A DNA stretch of 63,466 nt, counting the filler, from Saprolegnia diclina VS20 (Eukaryota): assembly GCF_000281045.1 (NCBI RefSeq). It is 4 parts of one record of this genome, joined end to end, with 100 filler letters (N's around TTAATTAATTAA, not from the genome) between each part and the next. Parts side by side here need not be neighbours in the genome. Positions count along the whole stretch, not along the records: positions 31,085 to 52,477 come from NW_008246132.1; positions 52,578 to 63,466 come from NW_008246132.1; 2 more parts are not named here. One strand, given 5' to 3'. This document shows, piece after piece, positions 44,545-56,668 of the stretch (position 1 is its first letter; each line of letters begins with the position of its first letter). The notes under the pieces are model-generated. The model saw only the letters and a program-made list of their open reading frames with translations, searched no databases and was not told where the DNA came from. The translations under genes and the position numbers were made by a program.

Positions 44545-45068
44545 ATCGTTTTGATTTTGTTTACAATGGCAATATCCATCCATTTTGCGACTACTTTTTC
44601 GGGGTCTATACTGCTGTCATGCAATGCGGGCGTCGTGCCATTAGTCTTCAATCAAGTGACCTCTTGTTGTTAATCCGATGTCGTGGTTCGCTGCAAAATC
44701 CTCGTTTGGTCAATGGCGTTAAGTCTGAGAACTGACTTTGCAAATTTGGCTAGCCGTACCTCGCACTTTGCCTCGACGCCACCGCTACGAGGACGGACAA
44801 AGCTCGGGCCCGCGCTTCGAGTCGACTCTTTGGAGGCTTGAGCCACCTGCACCTTTGCAAGCTGGCAACGTTAAGACCTGCCTCGCCCTCTTCGGTCATG
44901 GCGGACAACAATATGCAATCAACTGACCTCTGGTGCAGTTTTTGCCAACCAATCTGATAGCGTTGCTGGCTTTATTTGACCAATGGCATCGCATCCTTTC
45001 GAGCAATCAACTGACTTTTTGCGAAATTTGGACCAATCACAGGTCAGGCAGCGCTGCGGCTTTGGACG

Positions 45069-46307
45069 ATGCACAGCGCCGAGGACCTCGCCGAGCTTGC
45101 GGCAGCCATTGCGCATGTCCAGCAGACGCTGGCGCGGTTGCAGTCCAAGGAAGAGACGGACGAACTCATGGACGACGTCGATCGGCGCATCAACGCCGGC
45201 GCCAGCACCGAAGACCTCCTCGTGCTGGGCCTCGATGCCTTTCCGCGGACACGGGCGCTCTGGGCCAAGCTCGGGCCCGCGCTACCTACAGAGCTCTTGG
45301 AGGCCTTTGCTGCGTACAAGGACGCGCTCGCCCTCGAGAAGACAAAGGCAACCGAGGATGCTACGGTAGCAACGGATGCCCCAAGCGTCGACGCATCTGC
45401 TCCCGTCGCCGAGGCGGCGCCGTCACCTGCGAACATCGAGACGCCAACTGACGCAGCTGCGAGTCAAGACGAAGAGGCATTGTCGGAAGATGCGCTTGCA
45501 GAAGAACACAAACATGCGGTCACGGCGCCGCCACCGACAGACGAGCGCGAGGTCATGGAGTGCTCCGAGGACATGGACGGCGCCGGCGACACGGAAGAGG
45601 GCGACGACATAGTTGCTGAAACCCCGCAGGACGAGAGCGAACCTCCGACGCCCGACGAGCCCGTGGCCTCGGCGCCCATCGTCGAGACACAAGAGCGGAA
45701 GCTCTCGGACGCCAAAGAGCCCAGCAGCAGCAACCACAACACTCCACAGCGCGCGTCGTCTCGCATCCGCGGTCGCGCCGGTACGCCTACCCTGCGTGAA
45801 CATTCCATAGCGATGATGCTGTAGATACCCAAGCAGCGGCGTCACCCAAGACGTCCAAACGACCAGTGGCTTCGACGGACGACGTCGACAGCGAGTCGGA
45901 TGTCGTTCCGCTTGTGCATCTCCGCAAGCGGTCGGCGCCCACGACGCCAAAAGTCGATGCCAAGTCGAGCGAATCCGAGTCCCCGCCCAAGCGTACGTCT
46001 CCATTGTAGATGCTGGTGTATTGCATTTGTGTTGATCGATCAATGCAGGGACTTCGGGCCGGGCATCGCGGGCCAAGGTGCCACCCAAAGACCCTACCCC
46101 GCCCGCCCGCACGTCGACGCGGAAGGACGCAAAACCCAAAAAGGGCGCCAAGAAGGTGATCGAAGTACGACCCACTTGTATCACGTTCGACAGAATACAT
46201 AATGTCCTCTGTAGGACGAGAGCGAAGAGTCGGAAGTGACACCGTCCCGGCGCAAGTCGACGCGGCGCGTCGCGACGCGGAAGCGCAAACTCGACGACAG
46301 CGACTAA
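45069..46307 (+). CDS. Acidic/basic low-complexity protein, possibly nuclear; 4 exons (introns 45781-45824, 45993-46048, 46165-46214)
   Basis: Three GTACG...AG introns splice to a continuous frame ending RKRKLDDSD*; several CCAAT motifs upstream. Confidence 0.7.
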
Positions 46308-46375
46308 CTACATACTCTCTCGTGTTGATACGATATACTACAATTGTAGTACTCTTGAACATTAGTCGCCACAGT

Positions 46376-47289
46376 CAACTGTCCAGTCGCTTCACCTGCA
46401 AAGTGCTCACCAACATATCTACTCATGGAATGACGTGGCAACGCGAGAAAGCACACACGCGTTTGTGGAAACGTTGGCACTATTCCTTCATGGCGAGGTG
46501 TTCGTGGACCCAGGACTTGAACGCACTCAGCTGCGTCTCGGCGAGGCAGTTGATGGCGGGGGCAAGGATGAACGACCAGTCGCAGGACCTCCGCGTCTGA
46601 AAGACGTGGCACTTCTTGATGGCTTCGTACGTCTCGATCGCGTTCGGCCGTTGACCCGGCTAACGACCCACCGTTCAAGCTGTGCTTCCAAGTGACATAA
46701 GAGTACCGAGGCGCAGTCGGCTTTGGTAAAGAGCAGCCAGACCACGGGCGACGACGCCAGCGACGCCGTCAGCGCCGAGAGGCGGTCGAGCTCGTTGGCG
46801 ACGAGCGGAAACCGCAGTATGTCGCTCATGTCGATGCAAAAGCAGACTACGCCAACGTCGTTCATGTGCTGGTACCACAAATGGCGTGCGTCTCGGTGCC
46901 CGGGCATGTCGAGGAGCTTGAACATACGCGCGTGGATGGCCGTGGTCTTGATGCACGCCACTTTGGTCGGGGCCGGCAGCGGTGGCGTCCACGACGACGG
47001 ATGAGCGGTTGTCGCCGGTGCATTCGGGATGCTCGCCAGGCCTACGCTCCAGCAAGGGCAAGTTATCGACCATTTGAGAGAGCTGTGTCTACCGTGGGCA
47101 AGGGCACTCTTGCCACTGCTGTCGAGCCCCAGCAGCAAAATCGACTTGTCTCTACACTCCACTACGTACAGCGAAAACAGACTAGGAGCGTGCACCGTAC
47201 TCTGCTTTGCGGGTGCTCGTAAAGCTGAGTCGCCGAGATAGCTGACGCGACGAGCTCGGGTGCACGGCCATGGAGCCCGTGTTGCCCAT
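46376..47289 (-). CDS. Divergent Arf/Arl-family small GTPase, multi-exon (3' end approximate)
   Basis: MGNTGS myristoylation-type start; ILLLGLDSSGKS P-loop; DMPGH; RHLWYQH; FCIDMSD; TKAD. Confidence 0.8.
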
Positions 47290-47474
47290 CGTGGAAGCGT
47301 TTCACAAGAAACTCCAGTGGCCATCATGTCGGACGACGTCGGTCACTCCACGCCGCTTCCGTGCTCATAGAAATTACGATTAGGAAGTGCGAGAGAGATC
47401 AACTCATGACGCCTCTGACGCAGCGGTATGTTCTGAAGCGTGCGATGTCATCTTACTTGGGGCGTGGTAGGACG

Positions 47475-49460
47475 ATGCTACCCCGGTACGAGCTTGGGCT
47501 ACAGTGCACAACGCTCTTCTACGGTCTTACTAGTCGAGCGACTGGAACGTGGGGGATACCGTGCTTGCCAAAGGCGAGGCCATGACGCGCTACGAGCGCG
47601 CCGAGATTCGCCGTGTCCACCGCGACGGGTACGATGGTATCCGCTGGACGACACGTCAACATGGGAGTAGCACGGCGACAGTCGAGTACCTCAAGCGTGG
47701 CACGACCGAAAAGCGTGTGGCGAAGCTCAAGCCCATCGACCCGGACGAGGTAGCGTGCATGCTGCGTCACAGCCGTCGTTAGCAACCAGCTAGGCTGACG
47801 AGAAGAGCCCCCCCGACGCCCCCCCGAGCGCATGGACAGTCGGACAGAACGTTCAAGTCCGCGATCGCGACAACCCGAGTCTTTACCTCTCGCTTTCATA
47901 TCATTGTGTTGAAGACAGTGGTAGATGTCTGGGCCGACGCGACGATCACGCGACTGCACACATCGAGCGCCCACATTGCTGTTCGGTATCTTGGCGACGG
48001 GCGCAAGGAAAAACTTGTCGACATGACGCGGCTTCGTCCGCTCGTCTCGCTTTGGGTTCGTCTTGCGAATCGCCAGTACACTAGACGCAACATCAAATAC
48101 GTAGCAGCGGGTAGTCCGTGGCGCGTTCAACGAAGCACATTCGTGGACCAAATTGCAGCCCGTGTTCTTCCGGAAGGCGGATGGCACATGCCGATCGGGA
48201 CGTATTCTGCGCGTGCGCGACACAGACTGCGACATTCAACACGACAGCGACAACGAGCAAATCGCCGAGCACGTGCCCCACGCCGCCATCTCAGGTGCGT
48301 GCGACATTTTTCGCGTTCAACTATCGCATGAGACTATGGTCTAGCCAAGCGGTGGTGGCACACACTGTGCCAGCCGTCGACGCGCTTTGCGATCCAAACC
48401 AATGTCCGCTACACGGACGCCAAAGGACGACAGCACATTGGTACACCTCGTTCTTCTTGGGCGCGCCATAGCTGATCGTATTGGCAGCGTCCTCTTTGTT
48501 CTTATTGGCGGCGTCCTCTTTGATCTTATGGTGCATATTATGGTAGGGGTTATCTGCAAACGACACACCAACAATACGTACGATATTCAACACGACAGCG
48601 ACACGGAGACAATAGCCACGCGCGTTGATGTTGCCGAGCTGCAACGCGTCTCGACGGCCTCGCAGTGGCTTGCGTCGTACGATGCCATTTTCCTTTTTTT
48701 TCGAAATTTGCGAGGTTGTGGCTAGCCTCCAGCAGTTTTGCCATGGTGCAATTGATGTCGGCGCCAATATCGAGGTGCGTCTCGGCAAGAGTGCACGCGA
48801 TGACGATGACGATGACGTGTGGACCCCCGGTGTGGTTCGCAAAGGTACCACAATGGAAACGAGTTGATTGAGTCAACAATATGTCCTAGTGCGTGCGGAC
48901 GGCAAGTACATGATCGAATACATTGACGAAGAAGAGACGCCCCAAGTCGTCAAAGTACCGGCCACCAACGTCCGTCGACCGCAGCGCAACTGGGCGGCGC
49001 TGCTTGCGATGCGCACGGCCATGTCGTTTGAAGAAGGTACGTATTTTCTCCTTTTGATATTGGACGTAGTTGGTCCGATATAGGGATGCGCGTCGAAGTG
49101 ACGAGTGTCCACGACGATAAGGCGCGCGTGCGACCGGGTGAAATACTGCGCAAGCACACCGATGGTACCGTGAGTGTACGGTACGCAGTATCGAACCCAC
49201 GACCCATTGGCATGAGACTTGCGGTAGGTACGACGACGGCAAGATTGACAAGCACGTGCTCAGCAGCCGGCTTCGCTTCCTTGCGTCGGCGCTGACCATT
49301 GGCACACGCGTAGAGGTGCTTTTGTATTTCAGAAACTGAGCGCAATGTACTAGGTGGACGTCGCCCTTGAGACGGACCACGCAGGTCTCTCGAACGTCGT
49401 CGCCACCGAAGGCGTCATTGTATGGGTGTACCGCGACCATTCGGGCGTTGTCTTGGAGAT
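47475..49460 (+). CDS. Intron-rich gene with multiple Tudor/Agenet-like repeats (exon boundaries unresolved)
   Basis: Repeated SH3-barrel-like fragments across frames: WADATITRLH...AVRYLGDGRKEK, GVICKRHTNNTYDIQHD, VGANIEVR...WTPGVVRK...DGKYMIEY, GMRVEV...GEILRKHTDGTVSVRY. Confidence 0.55.
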
Positions 49461-49599
49461 CACCGACGATCTTGATGATGTGTCGATATCGCCAGATGTG
49501 AGCGTACGTCGATATTCCATGATCAAAATTCCGTTTCAGGACTCAGCGAATATTGTTGGTAGGTATCTGCACTACGGCTCCACGGGTACATTGCATTGC

Positions 49600-51060
49600 T
49601 ACAACGTTTGCTGATACGACACCAGACAACGCCTCTCCACTCTCACCTTATCCGGGCACTCGGCGTCGCGATTGGTGGCTCTCTTTCTCAACACGGGCTT
49701 GGAAGTGGTGATCTACATCTGGTTCCTCTTTGGTACAAGCTTATATTTCATTTCTTGAGCTCTGGACTACTCGACACAGGACTCGGTGCCGAGATGACAG
49801 AGGCCATCGATGTACTGAGTGCGATCAATCCACCGCAGTGGAATACCACGGCGGTCTACGCCGCGCAGCGACCGCTCGTACCCAACATGACGCTCTGCTT
49901 GGCCGCGTATGGCGTTTTCGAACTGTCATGTACTATCTGCGTCTTGTGGCTAGTCATGGCTCGTTGGACATTGCTTCCTCGAGCTGGCAGCTGCAGCAAA
50001 ACTGGCTCGTCGCACTAGTCGTTCTCAAGGGTGCTCTCTTCGCCGTCACGCTTGCCGTCATGGGCTATGTACTCGGCACCCACGGCCAACTCGTGTGCCA
50101 TCGGTGCACTTTTGAATTCTGAGTTTCTTGGTGCAAATCTTAGCGCTGCGTAGGCTTGTGGACCTCCGCAATTTTGCGAGTCAAGGGCGGTGGCAAGACC
50201 GGCTGCATCTCGTGATGCTGACGGCCTTGCTTGGTTCCAGTCTCTCGCTTCTGGTATACAAATATGCAGTTGCTGCAGCCGATAATGGGATCTTGCGCAG
50301 TGCTATGGGTCGCTGCACAACCACTTGGTGGCCAAGTGCTTGGCCCCGCCCGTCACAATGGATGCCGTCACGACAGCGTTTCAGGTATACGTATTGTGAT
50401 GCTGCGCTCTCACTGTCATGCCATCTAGATAGCGCCGTTTACGGTCCGCCCCGTGTACGACAACTTGTCCAAATTTGGAAAAAAAACATGCATTTTGCTA
50501 GATACACAACGATCGTGGACCTACTTCCGACGGTCGCGGCCACGGTGGTGTTCAACCTGTACCGCGGAGTGTGGCTGCTTCTCGTGCTGGCCGTGGCCCC
50601 GGACCTGCTCTCTCGACTCCTCCTCGTAGGCAACCTCGTTTCTAAGCGGTCTATCGATGCAACAACGTTAGGCGATCCCGATGATGGCTGCGACTGCGTT
50701 CATGCTGGCGCTGGGTCTTGCCGCGTGGACGGTCTTTCTGCAGACACAAGCCAAGTCCATGCAAACGTCCCTCGAGATGAGCTTGACCAGCAACCAAGTT
50801 GAGCCCGCGATATGCAATCTACGCTCAATCGATTCTGTGTAGGACATGGCGATCTCACTTGTTGTCGCAGCGGCGTGGTTTAGCTACGTCATGGCGCTGT
50901 TGATTGTCCGCACCGGCGCGCACTACCGGCTTGCAACCGTCCATCAGCGCCAAGGTACTGGTCGACCAAAGCACAAAAGATCATGGATTGCGTCCTAGGC
51001 GCTATTATGGAGCCCTACGTGAAGAAGGTGTTGATGCAACGCGATGTTTGATTGATACAA
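49600..51060 (+). CDS. Multi-exon hydrophobic multi-TM coding region, possibly the 3' part of the Tudor-repeat gene
   Basis: Successive hydrophobic segments in different frames separated by short GT-AG spacers. Confidence 0.35.
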
Positions 51061-51724
51061 ACCGACGTAGGCCGAGAGAGGGGCCTTTGGCGTACGCGCC
51101 CAGGACGAAGCCAAGTGGGACCGTCTCGACCAGCTCCAATTGCAAGTCGGACTCGTCGCGTCCGTCTGCATCGAGTTGGTGTCGGGTCCTAGCATCATAC
51201 TGCACATTGGCCTTGTCTTCTGGTACCCTACCCCTAGTTGGCTGAGAGTTGAATCGGTGGGGGTAGGTTGATTGTGGGCGGCGGTCTCGCACATGCCACG
51301 GGCCTTGTTGAGGGCCATCCGATCTTGGTGCTTGTCCTTCTCGCGTGTCTCTGGCTCGTGCTTTTGATTGGTGCGCTTCTACTTGTGTGCTGTGTCAAGG
51401 TAATACGTTTGCATGTACGTGGCAAAATTGCTCTCTTTTGGCGTAGCGCACGGCGTGGTCGGGGCTCCGGAAGGCCCGTCGACATGAGCGCGCGGTCCCG
51501 CGTGCCCAGCAGTACCAGCCCCGCGTGGTGCTGCCATAGTGTATCGCTTGTCTGTCGCAAATTCCTGAAGCGCCACGCGCGCTCGCAACTTACTACCTCT
51601 TTCAGATCAGCCCTGCGACGTACACTAATGTTTGTTACGAGTATGTAGGACAATTGATGAGTGTAGTCTCTAGCGTGTCTATGTCGAGGCGAGTCCCTCC
51701 CATGCGTTTGTATCGTTGTGGCTT

Positions 51725-52477
51725 TTACAAGCTAACCGTCGAGCTACGCTGGACGAGTTCCCGTACAAACAGCGTCAGCTCGAGCGTTGTCGGTCGGTCA
51801 TCCGGGTTTGTGGCCAAGCAGCGGTTGCCCCACTCCTTGACATACATCGGCGTCGTCGCATCAAACGTCGGCTGGAGCTCGCCCGTTGTCACTTTCGACA
51901 GAATCGACTGCTGTGTGAGTGCGCGACCCGTCTCGGGATGAACTGCATCCGAGTACGGGACTTGGTGGGTACTCAGCTCGGCCAAAACGACCCCTAACCC
52001 CATCACGTCCCATCAGCAAACCGTATTCGAGACCAACAAAAAGAAAGGTACCAAACGAGTAAACGTCGGCGGCCGCCGAGTAGCGCGTCCCGCTAATGAC
52101 CTCGGGGGCCATCCACTGGTACGTACCAATGCCGTTGGTCATGCTCGACTCGTCGATCTCGCGCGAGATGCCAAAGTCGGTGAGCTTGGTGCCTTTGACC
52201 GCGTCGAGCAGGATATTCTTGGACTTGAGATCGCGGTGGATGATCGGCGGGTCGAACGTGTGGAGGTAGACAAGGCCAAAGACGATACTCTGGACGCAGA
52301 GAGCCTTGTCGCTCCACGGAAACTGCGTCGCCATGTGGGTCGCGAGGTAGGTACGGAGGTCGCCGAGGTCCATGTACTCGACGACCGCTTCAATGTCAAT
52401 GGGGCGTGTCCAGCTGGCGCCAACGAGCTTGACAATGTACGGGCTCTCCATCCTATGAATCGACAAGAATTTGGAAG
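51725..52477 (-). CDS. TKL protein kinase, C-terminal part (5' in gap); intron 51994-52051
   Basis: Intact HRDLKSKN, DFG, GTYQWMAPE, DVYSFG|VVLAEL and RPT motifs. Confidence 0.92.
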
Positions 52478-52577
52478 NNNNNNNNNNNNNNNNNNNNNNN
52501 NNNNNNNNNNNNNNNNNNNNNTTAATTAATTAANNNNNNNNNNNNNNNNNNNNNNNNNNNNNNNNNNNNNNNNNNNN

Positions 52578-52730
52578 GCGCAGTCGGCGCAGCAGTTTTC
52601 CGGTTTGGCTTGGTTGGTCGTGCCAATGTCGTTGCCCGGGTAGTCGGTGTTCTCGTCAAACGCTGAGCAGGCGCCGTGGACCGCGGACGCGACCAAAAGG
52701 CCGAGGTACGATGCGATCACAGCTGCGCGC
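52578..52730 (-). pseudogene. Near-identical duplicate of the 5' end of the PAN-repeat gene, lacking its ATG
   Basis: Matches ~56513-56665 almost base for base; GAG occupies the ATG position and the upstream sequence is unrelated. Confidence 0.55.
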
Positions 52731-53074
52731 TCTTGCAGTGCAAAACCGGCGGGTGAGAGTGTGGTTGGGCTACGAGAGCGTCGTGGTGATTTTCTCATAC
52801 CTCGCGCGTCTTGAGTCTTTTCACCGTTGACCGTGCGGATCTGCAGATGTCAGAGTCCTAGGACGGTTCATGCGTCAGTCAAGAAGAAATGCAACGTCTG
52901 TCGCATAGGTGCAGCCACAATCGTGTGGCCACCGTGGTCGACGTCGTCGCGAGCGATCCCTGAGTCAAATCCCAAGCACGAACGGCCAGCGATTTGCGTT
53001 TGCAAAGAAAAAGCACACATTACCAAAATCGACATTTTGTACAAAGAAATGATGTCACACAGTATTATTTGGTC

Positions 53075-56000
53075 TTAGCACTTGCCGGACCCGGCAACGT
53101 TGAGGGCCAAGTACTGGCGGCCGAGCGATTGGCAATGGTCGTACCACGGCGAGTTGTTGGGGTACACCTTGACGATGGCCTTGTGCAGCGCCCACCACAT
53201 ACTGCGCTGCGACGAGAGTGACGGGTCCTTCATGTTGATCGTGTCGAGCCAGCGCTGGTAGCCCCAAAAGTAGTTTTGCGTCAAGCACTTGCTCAAGGTC
53301 GCGTCACCGGCGACGCCATCAAAGACAATTTGACCGGCCATCGCATGCAAGACGTGGTCGACATCTTTAAACTGCTGCGAGTTGACGACAGCGTTGCCAA
53401 TGCCCTTGGCTTCAGACTTCATGAGGCCGACGACCACCGACCGGAGCGCCGCGACGTTGGCATACGACTCGCTCGGACGGTCCATGGGCGACGCAGCCTT
53501 GTTGTTCGGCAGATTCGACATGCCGTCTTCGGACAGCCGCAAAAAGTAGTGGACGGCGTTCCCGAGCGTCACCTTGGTGATCTGGTGGCCCAAAAACGTC
53601 ATGATCTCGGTCTTGCGTACGGGATTGTAGAGGCCAAAGAGCTTGACAAACGACTGCGCCGACGCCAACGTGCCAGCTTCGCGCGCCTGGTACCACCCGT
53701 CGCGCGCACCGGCATCGCCCGCCGACATGTAGATCATGACGATCTTGGTGGACGTGGACGCAAAGCTGTCGTACAAGTTGGCCGACATGAAGAGCTCGTG
53801 GTCGTCTTGGTGCGCGTTGACATACATGTGCACGGACGACGGCGAGACCGCACCGGTGGGCAGTGAGCTTGCGGCGATCCAGCCGAGCGTCGTGGTTGGT
53901 GCATACGCCGGAATGAGGAGCTCGCAGCGCTTGGCGGCCGCGTCAAACGTCGTGCCAAGGCAGCCCGATGCTGACGGGACGCAGGCCTTGTGGCAGTCGG
54001 CCGCCGACGCCATGTTGGCCACCGCCGTCTTGGTCAACCCGGTCGCAAAAGCCGCGCTTGAGAGAACGACCGGCGACGCTGGGTAGTTGACTAGCAGCGT
54101 CGATGTCGTTGCCGCCGCACTCGCGGCCTTGACAAGCGTACACTTCTTCGCACTGATTTCGAAACTGAAGAGCGGTAGCTTCTTCTGCTGTGCGGCCAAG
54201 GCGCAGTCGCCGACAGTCTTGGCGGTCGTCGCCACTTGCGTCGTGTACTTGGTCAAATCCAACGACCGCGACGGCATCGTGAGGTACTGCATGCTGTTGG
54301 GCACTTCGTTCCACGAGATCGGGTCCGAGACCCACCCGGCGAGGATACCAGCTTGCTTGGCGGGCGCCGGGCCATAGAACGTGCACGTCTTGTCGGTGTA
54401 CGTCACGGCTGCGCACGCTGCGAGGCTGCTGCACCCGGCTTGGCAGCCGGCGAGCGTCGACGACGGGTTGGTGTCGACACCGAGTTGAAAGTCTTGCGGC
54501 ACGGCTTGGGAGAGCACCATGGGCGACTGCGTCGGGAACAAGGCAAACGTCGTCGTTGTCGGCGACGCAAAGTTGTGGACGACGCAGATTTGCGTCGACG
54601 GAACGTACGTGAAGAAGGCGTACCCGGACGAACTCGTCATGACGGCGCACTCGCCCACCGACTGCGCCAGCGGAAAGTAGAGCGTGTTGGTGCCTTCTTC
54701 GAGGAGCGGCTTGGGCTTGGCGTCGTGGGCCGCCATCATTTCGGCGGGCGACGGCAGCGGGAACGGCTTGAGAATGTCAATGTCGCCAATGTCGCCGGCT
54801 TCGAGCTTGGAGCTCGGGATCCATTGCATGTTGGGAACGTACGCAAACGCGACCGACGGCGACGGGTACGAGCCAAAGACGCTCGTTTTGATGGCCGACG
54901 GTGCCGGCGCCGGTGTTACGACGGGCACCGGTGCCACCGACCGCGTGTAAACACCGGCTTTCGCACCCGGGAACGGCGACGGGTCGGACTTGGCGCTCTT
55001 CAAGTAGCAAGTGCCACCAAAGTCGTTGGACCACACATACAGTGTGCACCCGTTGAATTCGGCGCAGTCCCCACAGCAGTCGGCGGCCGACGCCCGGCTC
55101 GTCGAACCAATGTCATTGCCGGGGTAGTCGACGTCGTTTTGAAAGTCCGAGCACGTGGCCGTGTTGAGGCGCGGAAGAATCGACGCGCGGTTACCAACAG
55201 ACTTGACGGGCGACCCGACAGCGGTCTTGAGGCGGCAGGCGCCCGACATGGCACTCCAGACAAACCCACGGCACCCGGGCGTCCCAGTGCAGTCGGCGCA
55301 GCAAAACTCGGCGGCCGTTTGGTACGTCGTCGTCAAATCGTTGCCAGGGTAGTCGACGTCATCCTGGATCGCCGGACACCCGACCATCGGTGGTGCCGTC
55401 GGGATACGCGCTCGGACCGTCGCGGCGCGGGCCCCCGGCGACGACGTCTTGCCCGTGTTGGCACTCTTAAGAATGCACACGCCTTGGGACCAGACGTAGA
55501 CCTTGCAGTCGGGGTTGGCAACACAGTCGGCGCAGCAGTCTTCGGCCTTGGCGCGGTTGGTCGTGCCAATGTCGTTGCCGACGTAGTCGGTGTTTTCCTC
55601 GATCACCGAGCAAGTGCCGTCGGTCGCCGGCGTCGGTGCCGGCGTCGTGGTGTTGCCACTGCCCTTCGGGACAAAGGACGCGGCGGTTGCACCGGGAAAC
55701 GAGCTCTTGGTGCCGCCGCCGGTCTTGAGAATGCACTCGCCGCCGTAGTAGACAAAACGGGCACAGTCCTTGGTCGCCTCGCAGTCGTTGCAGCAGAGGT
55801 CGATGGATGCGCGCTGGGTGCGCCCGAGGTCGTTGCCCGTATAGTCCGTGTTGGCCTCGACAACGGGGCACGAGCCGGTGAGCGGTGGCACGGAGACGAC
55901 CATCGTCGCGGCACGAGCTCCCTCGGCGTAGGACTTGCCACTGCTAGCGCTCTTGAGCAAGCAAACTCCGCCGTCCCGCGGCGCCCACACATACGCCTTG

Positions 56001-56668
56001 CAACCGTTCAAAGCGGCGCAGTCGGCGCAGCAGTTCTCGGCCTTGGCTTGGTAGGTCGTGCCAAGGTCGTTGCCGGGGTAGTCGGTGTTGTCTTCGAACG
56101 CCGAGCACTTGCCAGTTGCCGGTGCCGATGTCGGCGCTACGGGCGGCGCGGGCGTCGACCCTTTGGGAACAAACGACGCGGCGGTCGCACCGGGAAACGA
56201 GCTCTTAGTGCCACCCGCCGACTTGAGAATGCAGTCGCCGTTGTAGTAGACGTAGCGGGCGCAGCCCTTCGTGGCCTCGCAGTCGTTGCAACAGAGGTCC
56301 ATGGACGCCCGTTGAGTGCGACCGAGGTCGTTCCCGGGGTAATCGGTGTTGGCCTCGGGCGTCGGGCAGGACCCCGTGAGCGACGGCGCGGACGTAAGAA
56401 GCGTCGCGGCACGGGCGCCTTGCGCCGGGTACTTGCCGCTGGCCTCGCTCTTGAGCAAGCAGACGCCACCGTCCCGTGGCACCCAGACGTACGCCTTGCA
56501 ACCGCTAAAGGCGGCGCAGTCGGCGCAGCAGTTTTCCGGTTTGGCTTGGTTGGTCGTGCCAATGTCGTTGCCCGGGTAATCGGTGTTCTCGTCAAACGCT
56601 GAGCAGGCACCGTGGACCGCGGACGCGACCAAAAGGCCGAGGTACGATGCGATCACAGCTGCGCGCAT
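53075..56668 (-). CDS. Secreted PAN/apple (CBEL-like) repeat protein with a C-terminal PIG-L/LmbE-family deacetylase domain (1197 aa)
   Basis: Signal peptide; seven [NT/DV]DYxGND...CCxxC PAN units; four degenerate apple-like units; then NAHQDDHELFM, SAGDAG, AREAG and DHVLH motifs. Confidence 0.9.
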   Translation of the reverse strand: MRAAVIASYLGLLVASAVHGACSAFDENTDYPGNDIGTTNQAKPENCCADCAAFSGCKAYVWVPRDGGVCLLKSEASGKYPAQGARAATLLTSAPSLTGSCPTPEANTDYPGNDLGRTQRASMDLCCNDCEATKGCARYVYYNGDCILKSAGGTKSSFPGATAASFVPKGSTPAPPVAPTSAPATGKCSAFEDNTDYPGNDLGTTYQAKAENCCADCAALNGCKAYVWAPRDGGVCLLKSASSGKSYAEGARAATMVVSVPPLTGSCPVVEANTDYTGNDLGRTQRASIDLCCNDCEATKDCARFVYYGGECILKTGGGTKSSFPGATAASFVPKGSGNTTTPAPTPATDGTCSVIEENTDYVGNDIGTTNRAKAEDCCADCVANPDCKVYVWSQGVCILKSANTGKTSSPGARAATVRARIPTAPPMVGCPAIQDDVDYPGNDLTTTYQTAAEFCCADCTGTPGCRGFVWSAMSGACRLKTAVGSPVKSVGNRASILPRLNTATCSDFQNDVDYPGNDIGSTSRASAADCCGDCAEFNGCTLYVWSNDFGGTCYLKSAKSDPSPFPGAKAGVYTRSVAPVPVVTPAPAPSAIKTSVFGSYPSPSVAFAYVPNMQWIPSSKLEAGDIGDIDILKPFPLPSPAEMMAAHDAKPKPLLEEGTNTLYFPLAQSVGECAVMTSSSGYAFFTYVPSTQICVVHNFASPTTTTFALFPTQSPMVLSQAVPQDFQLGVDTNPSSTLAGCQAGCSSLAACAAVTYTDKTCTFYGPAPAKQAGILAGWVSDPISWNEVPNSMQYLTMPSRSLDLTKYTTQVATTAKTVGDCALAAQQKKLPLFSFEISAKKCTLVKAASAAATTSTLLVNYPASPVVLSSAAFATGLTKTAVANMASAADCHKACVPSASGCLGTTFDAAAKRCELLIPAYAPTTTLGWIAASSLPTGAVSPSSVHMYVNAHQDDHELFMSANLYDSFASTSTKIVMIYMSAGDAGARDGWYQAREAGTLASAQSFVKLFGLYNPVRKTEIMTFLGHQITKVTLGNAVHYFLRLSEDGMSNLPNNKAASPMDRPSESYANVAALRSVVVGLMKSEAKGIGNAVVNSQQFKDVDHVLHAMAGQIVFDGVAGDATLSKCLTQNYFWGYQRWLDTINMKDPSLSSQRSMWWALHKAIVKVYPNNSPWYDHCQSLGRQYLALNVAGSGKC

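Noticed and set aside
14710..52533. Recurring palindrome TTAATTAATTAA as a biological site
   Set aside because: Always centred in N runs; it is an all-frame-stop assembly linker.
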